Source: Narcine bancroftii (taxonomy: Eukaryota). From it: 64,000 nt of DNA. Positions within the stretch are counted from its first letter, which is position 1; the number at the start of each line of letters is the position of its first letter. The position numbers and the translations under genes are program-made. Of this stretch, positions 13,320-24,439 are shown piece after piece. A model generated the notes under the pieces. It did no database searches. It worked only from the letters and a program-made list of their open reading frames with translations, and was not told the origin of the DNA. The stretch lies in the NCBI RefSeq assembly GCF_036971445.1, contig NC_091469.1:189596001-189660000 (forward strand), written 5' to 3'.

Positions 13320-13851
13320 TAGGGGTCTCCAGTGGTCGATAATGACCCCTAGGGGCTAATGGGTTGAAAAATGCCAGGGGGTCGAAAGGGGAGTCAATAA
13401 ATGCTGGGGAGGTTGATTGAACTTTTGTGGTCGAAAGAATTCTAGAGCCCGAGGTCCCCGCTCCTGCCTGGCAACCTGAGATGACTTCTTCGATGTGGAT
13501 GGCACCGTACCAGATGTTAAGAATGGACTTGCCATCACCAATGCTGAAGACTTGGACCCAGCTCTATTTGGCATCTTCCTGGCCAGAAGCAAAGGGATTT
13601 ATTTTACTGTTATTGTAATAATTTGCTTGCTTAATTTACATATTTGTTACTTGGCAACAGGGGTGTTGTAACAAAGTTTGGGTTGTTGCTGGGAGGCCAG
13701 GACACCATGCATATGGTATGGTGCACAGGTACCCTCACTAATGCATATGGAAACTACACGACTACTGACTGACCGACTTATTTATTGTATATGCCTGGGG
13801 GTCAAGGATTCCATGAAGGGGTCGATGGTCTAAAAATTTTGGAGACCCTTG
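13320..13851. mobile_element. hAT (Charlie-like) MITE
   Basis: TIRs TAGGGGTCTCCA / TGGAGACCCTTG. Flanking 8-mers GCCTAACA / GGCTAAAA (6/8 match) fit a decayed 8-bp TSD. Confidence 0.7.
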
Positions 13852-15039
13852 GGCTAAAAGAAACTGGAGAAGTCTATGTTATTGCCATCTGGAGAGTGCC
13901 CTGACAGAATATTAGGAGTTCCTTCTTCAATTTTTGGGATGTGGCTCTGGTCCTGTGATCACTGGGATGCAAAGAAAATTGGTGGCAAGAGCAGAGTGTC
14001 TCCATTGTCTCTGAAATTTGGGTCATTAATAATAGATGCAGCTGATCCACATGCTTGGTGATAACTGGACCTCTTGATATTTAATGTAAAAATAAATGTA
14101 GCAAATTGTTCATTTCAAGGACCTGCTCTCACGCATGCCTGAAAGATATCTGTCCCAATATTGGACTGGCTCCTTTTTATTGAGAGGGTTAAGACCCCAA
14201 CCCCTTGATAATGAGGGCTAGAGATGTCGACAAGGAAAATTAAACTCTCCTGAGCAGGGACGTGTCCTGCTCCAGGTCTCCCTCACCAGGAGAGGACCAA
14301 CTATATGACTGAACACAAAAAGAGTGAATCAGTTTTGGTTTTGATGTGGAATCAGGGCAAGGGGGAGTGTGCAATGTGAGGGCATCAGCTGCAAGCCTGA
14401 AAGAGCTTTCGCATTTGCTTCATTTACCTTGCATCCTAGCTCTGTCTATCATGTGAGTGCTGAATTACTTGTAAGACTCGTTCTGTTTGATGTATCATAG
14501 AAATATGGAGTGTCATCCTTCCCTCTGAGGATACTTGCAAGGTGTTTTAAAAGGAAAAAAAATCTATAAGCCCAGTTCTGTAAATCAGAACACAATCAGC
14601 TAACATCACCTTGTTTTCTGTGAACAAATCCCAGAATCTTTCAGCGAATGAGAATCTTACTCGGATAGAGATAAATCTTCCTGTTTCTGACAAATCCAGA
14701 AAATGGAATTCCTTGGAGATTCCATCCAGCTGCTGTTTATTGAAAATAGTCAGAGGGGATAAACGGCAGGATGATCAATAATTATCTGTCCAATATAATC
14801 AGGAGGGTTTTCAAAGGGAGATTGGCCTGAGATACACCTCCAACCTTTGCGATGCAGCGGAGATTGAGCTGCTACAGCACCCTGATGGAATGCTAATGAA
14901 GTGGAGGGGAGAATATTCAGTGACTGTAAAATGACTGCTGTACGATTCAGCAATCCATCCACTAAAACTTACAGAACCAATAAATAAAATGCTCTGGTCA
15001 CACACCGTTCTCACTACCTTTTTTGATAAATGTATCCTA

Positions 15040-15310
15040 AGACATAGGAGTAGAATTAGGCCATTCTACCCATCAAGTCTGCTCTGCCATTCAAATAATG
15101 ACTGATGTATTTTTTCCTTTCAACCCCATTTTCCTGCCTTCTCCCCATAACCTTGGATACCCTTATTAATCAAGAACCGACCAACCACCATGTCCTGGGG
15201 CTTCTGGCAATGAACTCCATAGATTCACCATCTCCTGACTGAAGAAATTTCTCCTCGTCTCTGTTCTAAAGGGAAGTCCTTTTGATCTGAGGCTGTGCTC
15301 TCTGGTCCTA
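15040..15310 (-). mobile_element. CR1 LINE 3' fragment
   Basis: TTCTCCCCATAACC...TTCCATAGATTCACC...GAAGAAATTTCTCCTC, as in other CR1 3' ends here (20060, 63200). Confidence 0.75.
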
Positions 15311-15604
15311 CTTCTTATCTTCTTAAGCTTGCATCCTTCAAATTCAAAAGGGTTGGCATTCTCTGGGTGTTTACATGTTTTATCATTACTGGATGATGCA
15401 ACACAGCGACTGGAGATGAGTCAGAGATGAGAGTCCAGATCCCATCTTAAATTCATCTTAAATTAGGTAAATCTGGGTTAAATATTTTTTAAGTGATGCT
15501 GGTAAGAGGTGCAGCCACTGAAAATTTGTTTAGTTAACCGATGCTTGTTTTGGAAGGAAATCTTCCATCATTATCTGGCCTTGTCCATATGAATTACACA
15601 AAAA

Positions 15605-15790
15605 TTTTATGGGGCTTGACAGAGTGGATGTAGAGTTGATGTTTCTTTTGGCTGGGGTGTCTCCATCCAGAAAGCTCAGTCTTAAAGTGAGGAGATGACT
15701 GTTCAGGATTGATGAGAAAAAACTTCCTCCCCCAGATGGTAATTAACCTTTGGATGACTGTTGAGGCTCAGTCATGCAGTATATTTAGAC
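15605..15790 (+). mobile_element. CR1 LINE 3' fragment
   Basis: GGGGCTTGACAGAGTGGATG...GATGAGAAAAAACTTC (MRKNFLPQMVINLW, cf. CR1 MRRNFFSQRVVNLW). Confidence 0.7.
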
Positions 15791-15794
15791 GTAC

Positions 15795-15995
15795 GCCATG
15801 CCCTTCTGGACCACAAGCCCATGCTTCCCAATTACCTCACAACCCCCATATGTTTTTGAAAGGTGGAAGGAAACCAGAGTGCTTAGAGGAAACCCACGCA
15901 GTCACAGGGAGAGCATACAAACTCATTTCAGACATTGCCAGATTCGAACCTGGGTCATTGGTGCTCTAATAGCTTTGTGCTAACCATTATGCTAG
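15795..15995 (-). mobile_element. V-SINE (HE1-like)
   Basis: GGAAACCAGAGTGCTTAGAGGAAACCCACGCAGTCACAGGGAGAGCATACAAACTC is the reverse complement of the V-domain. B-box GATTCGAACC on the reverse strand. Confidence 0.8.
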
Positions 15996-16489
15996 TGTCA
16001 GCCGTATAATCAATAAATAAATCTGTAGATGTTCAAATAGAGAGGGAATCCAGGAGATGTGGGATTTGCCTGAGATCTTAGATCTTGGAGCATTGTGAGG
16101 GGACTTCTTATTTCCTATGCTCTAAGCACACAACAATAAGACTGATTGTCAACTGCCCTTAATTGTCTGACCATTGTTGTTTACAACAATCAGCTTACCA
16201 CTAGTTCAGGATGAGCACTCAATGCTGACCTTGATGAGAATCCCCACATGCTATGATTCAATGTCCAATTTGGGTGGAAAATCGCTATTTGTATCATCTA
16301 CTGATATCAGTTGATGTGCACACCCTCCTATCTAACCTGTTGTAGTAGCTGAATGGAGTACTTCAGAATTCAGATGGAGCATTCACACATGGATAAGGAG
16401 GATATATTCATGAACCCCTTCATTCCTGTATTACTGGATCAGCAATATTTCAGAATTGGAAGAGAAGTTGCAATGTGGCCACAATGACA

Positions 16490-16800
16490 TGTAGGGACAT
16501 TAAGCAGCTTGTTTGCAGATAATAGCGTCTCACAAGCAACAAGTGAAATGCTAATCTTGTTACTTCAAAGATTTGGGCGAAATGTTAGGTGGAAGGTGAA
16601 GGAGAACCTTACTGCTCTCAAGGATGTTGTACATCTATCTGATGTGGTCATTGAGATTTTAGTTTGAAGTCTCATTTGTAAAGTAGCATTAATACTATAG
16701 CTAGGAGTGATGGCTGAGCTAGTGTGCATGGGGTTTCAGAGTAAAACCTGCTCCCAGAACCTTTGACCCAGAGGTGAAAGGGTCACCTGCTGGGCCAAAG
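16490..16800 (-). mobile_element. Deu-domain SINE (SacSINE1/AmnSINE1-like), old
   Basis: GGAGAACCTTACTGCTCT...GTTTGAAGTCTCATTTG...CCCAGAACCTTTGACCCAGAGG layout resembles a reverse DeuSINE (recalled consensus). Confidence 0.45.
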
Positions 16801-17169
16801 TAGTAAATGATATGTCCTGTTGCAGTCTATTTCTTGGATCACTGTGTGCAAGGAACACAAACACGATAAAAGTAGATTTGGGGCAGGATTTTATTCTTGC
16901 TGGATAGAAAAATCACACAAAGAAAGAGGCAAAATGGCTCCCACAACTGTTTTGATGACCATTTTGAAATTAAATTTCTCCATTATAAAAGCAAACTCCT
17001 GAAGACGGTAGAAATCTTAAACACGAATGAATATAGAGGTCTTGATCACAGAAACAGGCCCTTCTCTGCACTGAATCTGCACCTACTGTCAAGCACTATT
17101 TCATTCTTCCCACTTTCTGACAGACTCCACCCCTCATTGACACACACCACTAAATATACTAATTTGCAA

Positions 17170-17300
17170 GTCGTTATAACATAGGAGGAAACTGGAGCAT
17201 GTGGAGAACCCCCACGCAGTGACTGTAGAATGTTCAGACCTCATACACAGAAGTCAGGGATGAACTTGGATCACTGGAGCTGCAACATTGTGCAACTCAC
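17170..17300 (-). mobile_element. V-SINE fragment
   Basis: GGAGGAAACTGGAGCATGTGGAGAACCCCCACGCAGT is a reverse V-domain. Confidence 0.7.
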
Positions 17301-17369
17301 TAATGCTGAAAATACTCAGCAGGCCAGGCAGCAAATGTGGAGAAAGAAACTGATCTTTTATCTCTCATT

Positions 17370-17640
17370 TCTACATCCAATCTATTGTTCTTCTCCTCTT
17401 TTCCTCTATTTTATCCCTTTCTCCTTCCTTTCAGCATCATTTATCTATTCATCTTTTCTTTCTTTTTCTCATTCTCTCTCACAGTTTTTCCCTATCTTCA
17501 TCTCTTTCCCTCTTTTTCTCTCATGCTCTCTTTTCTCTTTCTCCCTTATTTCTTTCCACCATCCCCCCAGCCTTCATCCATCACCAAAACATGGTTTTTT
17601 CTCTCTCTCTCACTTACCCCCCCCCCCTCCATTACCCTGT
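17370..17640. repeat. CT-rich low-complexity tract
   Basis: Almost pure pyrimidine strand. Produces the F/S/L-rich spurious ORFs 17230-17748 and 17337-17786. Confidence 0.8.
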
Positions 17641-17949
17641 TTTGGGGGTGGGAAATCCAGCTTTCATTCTATACTGTATCAATCTGTTCCAAGAGGCCTG
17701 TCAATTGGCACAGGGTGTATAAACAGGAAGGAATTTGTGTTCAGCTGAACACCAAGCAAACAGCTGATGTTTACCAGAGACACTAAGAGTGAAGGTCAAA
17801 GCAGGTGGTCTTTGGTTGGTTTATTGGGCTGAAGGACAATTAAAGGACAACAATTAAATATTGCCCCATTCTTTTCACAGGCTGTATGTAGAAACAGGGA
17901 GAATGGTCTGTATGCAGATTATTCTTGGCTTTTTACTGTGTACAGGCAG

Positions 17950-18600
17950 CATGTGACACAAAGATTGGAGTGGACAGTGAGGAAGGCTTTCAAAGCTTGC
18001 TGAGGGATCTGGACCAGTTGGAAAAATGGGCTGCAAAATGACAGGTGGAATTTAATGGAGACAAGTGTGAAGTGTTGCACTTTGGAAGGATATTGTTGAG
18101 GCCAAATTTGGAGTACTGTGTGCAGTTTTAGTCACCTAACTACAGAAAGGTATCAAGAAGATTGAAATAGTGCAGAGAAGGTTTACTCGGATGTTGCCAC
18201 AACTTTAGGAACTGAGTTACAGGGAAAGGTTAAACAGGTTATTCCCTGGAATGTAAAGAATGAGGGGAGTTTTGATAGAGGTATACAAAATTATGATGGT
18301 ATAGATAAAGTAAATACAAGTAGGCTTTTTCTAGTGAAAAAGTAAAAATGAAAGGACATGGGTTAAGGATGAAAGGGAAAAAGTTTAATGGGAGCTTGTT
18401 TACACAGAGTGGTGGAAGTGTGGAATGATTTGCCCACTGGATTGATAAATCCATACTCAGTTTTGACATTAAAGAAAATTTGGACAGGTACACGGATGGG
18501 AGAGGTATGGAGGGATATAGTCTGGATGGGGAAAAAATAGTTGGCACAGAGTAGAATGGCAGTAGGACCTGTTTCTATACTGTAGTGTTCTCTGGTTATA
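17950..18600 (+). mobile_element. CR1 LINE 3' fragment with internal deletions
   Basis: GACACAAAGATTGGAG...TGGAATTTAATG...AAGTGTGAAGTGTTGCACTTTGG...GGCCAAATTTGGAGTACTGTG. Tail CCTGTTTCTATACTGTAGTGTTCT. Confidence 0.85.
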
Positions 18601-20057
18601 AGGTTTTAAAGAAATGGTCCTGGCACTGTAACTGGGCATGAGGAAAGGTAGTCGACCGCAAGGGAGATGGCTTCCGGATAAACAGCCTAATAATGGTCAA
18701 GGAGGCAAAAAGAGTTGGAACAGAAATATTTAGAAATGTAAAAATTCTCCTGAGGTTCATAAAATTTCTGGAAGCAGGATCATTACCTACTCCAGATGTT
18801 TGTTGTGGAGAGAAATTTGGAGAATTATCAGTGGTGAGTGTCAGGAGAGTGGAAAAGTTGGCAAAATATGGTTAATCAGGAATTTTGGTAAACAGAAAAT
18901 TGGAGGAGCCATACATTTCATTAAAATGTGAAAGAATCTAAAAGCATAAATGAACAGACCTGGCAAAATAATAACAAATGTTTAGCAGATAAAGAGGTCC
19001 AAATTCTTCAATTCAGAGTGCACTTTCAGCGCTCTACAATAGATACACCATGTTCTGTACACAGGAGGATCCCACTTCACAATTGTGCTTTTTGTACTTT
19101 CTTATGACAAAGAATGAGACCATTTGGCCATTGTGTATCGCTTACCCACAGAGCAATCCATAAATCCTATTCCCACTTGTTTTCCTACGACCTGCACTCT
19201 TTCTCAGATGCCCATCTTAGCTGATTAATCAACAAACCAGCTGATTTTGGGATGGGGTGGTGGGGGACTGAGCCCTTCTCCACTTAACTAATCATGGAAG
19301 AATGTAAAATGGATGGCACAGGGCTGATTCTACAGTGGAGTTGTGGTGCTGCAGCACTGAACCACTGTGCTACCCATTCTGCATCCTGCCTCAGTGGTTA
19401 AGTGGAGCATGTGGGACAGGACAATCTAACCAAGTGCTGCTATTTCTCACACCTCCCTCCTGACAGAGAGGTTAATGGGTCTATTGTAATTTGCAGCTTC
19501 TGAGCAGCTGTTCTCCAGGCTTCCCAACAGAGGCAGTGTTCAGAGGTGGGCTTAATAGACCCCTAAGCTGAGTGTGGCACAAGTACCTCTGATGGGTACA
19601 TGCACCATTGTACCCAGCCTGCTCCTCTCTGATTGGCCAGGAAGCATGGACTCTAAGTAAATATTTGAACAAACTACAAATCAGTTATCTACACCACAAT
19701 ACACTTAGTTTGGATTCAGGCATAATACGCTTACCATCGTGCTCCTTTTCACCGCACCTCCCTCAGTTATCCCTCCCCCAAACTACTCATACCCTCAGAA
19801 CCCCAATTCTCCCGCCCTCTCCTACCATCAGACTGCCTTCTCCTTAATCTCTCAAACTCACTCTATCTTATTGCCCTTCTATTCCAGCCCAAGAACTCTC
19901 CATTCTCATCTTCTCTCATTCACAATGAGTCTGGGACTTTTGGACGGGATATTAAACAGAGGCCCTTATTGATCAAGTCATCACTTTTGAGGATGGTGTG
20001 GTAGTTGGAGAGCCAGGACAGAAGTACTGGGGCATGGACGAACTGGAGGGGTAGTAA

Positions 20058-21930
20058 GAGCATAAGATATAGGAGCAGAAATAGGCCATTCACCCCATTG
20101 ACTCTGTCCCACTATTGAACTGATCCATTTTCCCACTCAGCCCCACTGCCTGGCCTTCTCCCCATAATCTTTGATCCTCTGGCTAAAACAAGAGCCAATC
20201 AATCTCTGCGTTAAATGCACCCAATTACCTGGCCTCCACAACTGCCTGTGGCAACAAATTCCACAAATTTACCACTCTCTGGCTGAAGAAATTCAAATGC
20301 TTCTCTGATCTAAGTGGACACTCTTCAATCCAGAAGTTGTGCACTCTTTTCCTTGATTCTCACATTGTGGGGAAACAACCTTTCTACATCTACCCTGTCC
20401 ATGCCTTTGAACATTCAAAATGTTTCAGAGATTCCCTCTCATTCTCCTAAATTTCAATGAATACAGGTCAAGAGCTGTATGATAACCCTTTCATTCCTAG
20501 AGACATTCTAGTGAAATTGCATTGTACTCTCTCCAACATCAACACATTGTGTTTTAAATGAGAAGCCCAAAACTGCTCACAATATTCCAAGTGAGGTCTC
20601 ACCAGTGCCTTATAAAGCCTCAACTTCACATCTCTTCTCTTATATTCTACTACTCTTAAAATAAATCCCAGCATTAGATTTGCCTTTTTCACCATCAGGC
20701 TATCCTGCATGAAGACTCCCACATGTTATATGTGGATGGTAGGGAAACGTGGCCTCCCTGACCGTCTGGAATATTGTGGGGAGGGTGGTCACATGCCCTC
20801 CCTGTCTAAAACTTATTTGGAAGTCACATCCCCTGTCAATCAAGGTTGACTCTGACCACCCATTAGTGCACACCTTACTGTTGGCTAGTTTAATTTACCT
20901 CGGGTCATTATTGGCTCAGCGCCCAGATCAGAACTGTATATGACATTCTTTCTCTCTTCTTCATGGTCCAAGCCCTGGATATTGCTCAACGCCAGGTCGC
21001 TACTGTAGACATTGCTGGAAGTGTCATGGATAAGGTGTGCACCACACTTTAGCTGAGCGGTAGTACTGCAATTGATCATTGATTGTAGAGAGCCGCAGCC
21101 CCCAATGGTACAAAGTACCAGGAGTGTGTGTGAAAATCCCTGACTGTAGAATATGTACACATGTGTGAGTGTGTAGGGCATAGGTGGCCACTGGATATGA
21201 TCTGAATATCTATATAGTTGTTTAGTAATATAGTAATTGAGTATCATTTGACATTCTCTTCTATTTGTTTCCTGTATGTTCATTAAAGTTTCCTGTGATT
21301 GTAATACTTGTGTCCAGACTTGTTTCTCTGTGAACCCACCGAACCTGATGGATGAAATACTTGTCCTGCATATGTATTGTTTGTCTGTATGTGTGTCATA
21401 TCTGGTTGTCTGCGTTGTTTGCTCTGAGGACCAGCTAACACTGTTTTTTGGATTGTATTTCTACAATCAAATGACAATAAATAACATCTGGGTATTTTAA
21501 AATTTTCTCTCCATTTAAAAAAAATAATCTGCTCATTTATTTTTTTCAACCAAAATGATTGAATGTCTACTTTCTGACAGTATAATTCATTTGCCCATTC
21601 TCTTAATCTCTCAGTCCTTCTGCAGGCTCTGTGTTTCTTCTACACGGCAAATCATTAATATACAACCTAAAAAGAAGTGACCCCAACATCGACCCCTGTG
21701 AAATGCTACTAGCAACTGGCAGACAATAGGACTGTAATCCTGATATTCCGACTCTCTTGTTTCCTGCCAATGGTCCACCCAGACTTGTATGCTTCCTGTT
21801 ATACCATGGGCTCTTACCTTGTTAGGTAGCCTCATGTAAGGCCCCTTGTCAAATGCCTTCTGAAAATCCATGTACCCAACATCCACTGCATCTCCCTTAT
21901 TCAGCCTGCTTGTCACTTCCTCAAAGAATC
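20058..21930 (-). mobile_element. CR1 LINE fragment split by an LTR insertion (CR1 parts ~20058-20723 and ~21500-21930)
   Basis: ORF 20468-20722 (LYKALVRPHLEYCEQFW) and ORF 21611-21967 (FFEEVTSRLNKGDAVDVGYMDFQKAFDK) are collinear on the minus strand. Confidence 0.88.
20724..21349 (+). mobile_element. LTR (solo or 3'-clipped) related to the ERV-like LTR at 47973-48600
   Basis: Starts TG. GGAAACGTGGCCTCCCTG, GTCACATC.CCTGTCA.TCAAGGTTG, GGGTCATTATTGGCT and CTGTGAACCCA..GAACCTGAT are shared in order with 47973-48600. Confidence 0.85.
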
Positions 21931-21994
21931 TGTGAGCCAGAGAAGCAAGAACAAGTGAGTGAAGCACAAAAGCCTCCAGACACTATAATTGTAG

Positions 21995-22085
21995 CACCTT
22001 GAAGAAGGGCTCGGGTCTGAAATGTTGGTTATATATCTTTACCTCCTATGGATGCTGAGTTTCTTCAGCATTTCTGTGCTCTTAC
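21995..22085 (+). mobile_element. Penelope-type terminal repeat fragment with degenerate hammerhead-like core
   Basis: TTGAAGAAGGGCTCGGGTCTGAAATGTTGG...GGATGCTGAGTTTCTTCAGCATTT, homologous to the tail of the Penelope element at ~24445-24520. Confidence 0.65.
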
Positions 22086-22356
22086 AAGAACAAATGAGGC
22101 TGTGATAAGCAGCAATGTTCAAAATGAGAAGAAGAAGAATAAAATTTGTGACCTGATCAAGGAGCTGAGGCTTTAAAAAAGAAAATGGAGAAAATTAAAA
22201 TGGGAACACTTATTGGTTTATCAGTTTAAAATCTGAAAAAAAGACGAGATATATTGAAAGGAGGTGTCATTTATGTTGTCAATAGGCCCTTTTCATGTAA
22301 TGAAAAAGCTTTACTGTAAAAGAGGAGATTCTCCACCCTTATGTCGAGAGACTTAC

Positions 22357-22638
22357 CTTGTTGAATGCACCATGGAGGCCTCCAATGCGCTGACTGCAAT
22401 CCCTCTTTGAGAAGGGTAATAATCGGTGGACCTCAGCACTCCGCCACCTCGCATGAATGTAATGCCGCTGTTGTGGCTGGTTAGAGGCAAGCTGATGACA
22501 TTGCAATGACATCGTCAGCCTGAGACGTAGGAGCGGGGCATTAATGGTCTTACTGAGGGTGCGCTGGATCTCTGTCTGGATACTAAGACCGGCTGAAAAC
22601 ATCACAAGCATCTGTCTTGCCTGCTCCGAGGCCGCCAT
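22357..22638 (-). CDS. Candidate first coding exon of an unidentified gene (94 codons, MAASEQARQML...HGAFNK)
   Basis: Strong-context ATG (ATCATGG) and a frame open to a perfect phase-0 donor AAG|GTAAGT at 22357/22356, in locally CpG-rich unique sequence. Product not recognised. Confidence 0.3.
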
Positions 22639-23689
22639 GATCCACTATAGGGCTCTTTCCGCATTGGTGCATATAAATGATGTCAACTTGGCAGGTGGTG
22701 CTACGGCCCCAGTTGCCCCGCTTCCATCTGCTCTGGATGGTTCTACTAGGCAACTCTCAACATAAATGTGGTGCAGGAGCAGCCTTTTAGGGCTGTTCTA
22801 TGAAAGGTAAGTTTATGTTTTCCCTCCGCGCTTACAGCCGGCCTCCAGGTGTACACAACGAGTGTACATCTTTACGAATCATTCTTAATGAGAATCTATT
22901 TCTCTCATCATTGTCCCAGTGCCAATCTGAAAGGGGCTGTGTGCTCACACTCAGGACCAACACACACCATTGTGTCCAGCTGAAATAGTGGGAGATATAT
23001 TGAAACAAATAATATTACCCTTCTAACATGGTTTATATTAACATGTCTCTTGAACTCCATTGTCTATCTTCAACTCCCCCTACCTTCATAATCTCTTTAG
23101 TCATGTTCTGTATGCACTTCCTTTTATCCCCTCTCTCCTCCCAGCTCTAGATGTGAAGACTCCAGGAGAATGCACTGTCAACCCCAATCCTGATCCACTG
23201 TTATCGAAGGGTTAACCTCACAAAATGAGACAAGAACTTTAATGTTCAGAACCTGAGAATGGGGAATGTTTAAGAACCCTCCCTTGAAATGTGGGGCAGT
23301 TACTGGGAGTGGGGAAAGACTTAGTTTTGTCCCCTTTGCATTCCTAAATGACAATGAAGAGAATTTTTTAAAAAGCTTTTGAACAATGAAAATTAAAGTA
23401 TTCCTCAAGAGTACAGAGGCATGTAGATATTGAACATTTTTCACCGGCGGACAAAAACATTTTCTACCAGATCAATTTACTCTGCCTTAATCTACTCACT
23501 CTATCCTACAATCCATCATATTTTACAATCTGCAATTTCCCCACGTTAAATGGCTCATGAATTGTCGTTCCTTCTTTTATTTCTTCTTATAACATGAAAA
23601 ACCTTTTCCTCCTCATAAAATGAGGGAATTGTGGTTCCGCCCTTTCAGTTCAGAATCCATTAGATTCTCCGGTGAGGTAATCCACCCCT

Positions 23690-23960
23690 CTGTGCCCCCA
23701 TATTGGCAGCCACCTTAGCAGCTCATCTGTCAAACGGATCCAGTAATCAATCACTGAGACGATCAATATGCAGCGTAGACATTCATCATGAGTCTAAAAG
23801 GACCATTAGGATGCGGTTGTCAGTAAAATGGAACAGAAAGTGAAAAAGAAAAGAAAAGCAAGCTAATGGAGATTGCATGCTGTTTACATCCAAAAATAAC
23901 TCGCAGGTTTTCATAGATTTACTTGAAACCATGAAACCTACTCTTGCAGTGAATCATGGT
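23690..23960. promoter_or_regulatory. Candidate conserved non-coding enhancer (Pbx-Hox/Meis/Fox motif cluster)
   Basis: TGACAG (reverse, 23727-23732) 11 bp from TGATTGATTA (reverse, 23744-23753). TGTTTAC at 23881. Non-repetitive and retains CpGs. Confidence 0.4.
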
Positions 23961-24439
23961 TCACAACTCAGAGGTTTTATAAAATTTTGGCCTCCTCTGA
24001 TTGGATTGTCACAATGATTTGTGTTCAGAGGCACCTGAGAAAATAGAAAAGCAGAAGGTTATGGATTGCCAGGAGTACTTCACCAAGCAATCAAGAGCTG
24101 TGGTGTGTTTATTCTGTTTTTTTAATATATCTGTTTGTATTGTCCCATCATAGCTCCTGAACTCATCACGTAGCCAAATGGAGGCTGCTTAACGGTTCTG
24201 TAGCTTTCACTGCTGGAGAGGTGGGCTATTCTTATTGACATTGTTAAGTGGAGATATTTAATAAGCCACAATACCTAAATATTGAATCGTGAGAAAAGAC
24301 AGGAGAATTAGTCTGGGTGCATATAAGGCCACCAATATAATATCAGATCAGGGTTAGAGTCAATTTACCCCTCCCTATTTAAATAGGGCAAATGAGTGAT
24401 TAAGCCAAAAGACTTGTACCTCCCCTTCTAGGGCAGGAC

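Noticed and set aside
17230-17786. Hydrophobic 172/149-aa ORFs suggesting membrane proteins
   Set aside because: Translation of a CT-rich low-complexity tract joined to SINE and Penelope-tail fragments.
22492-22517. CTGATGA...GTC as a hammerhead ribozyme
   Set aside because: GACA instead of GAAA, and no helix I pairing.
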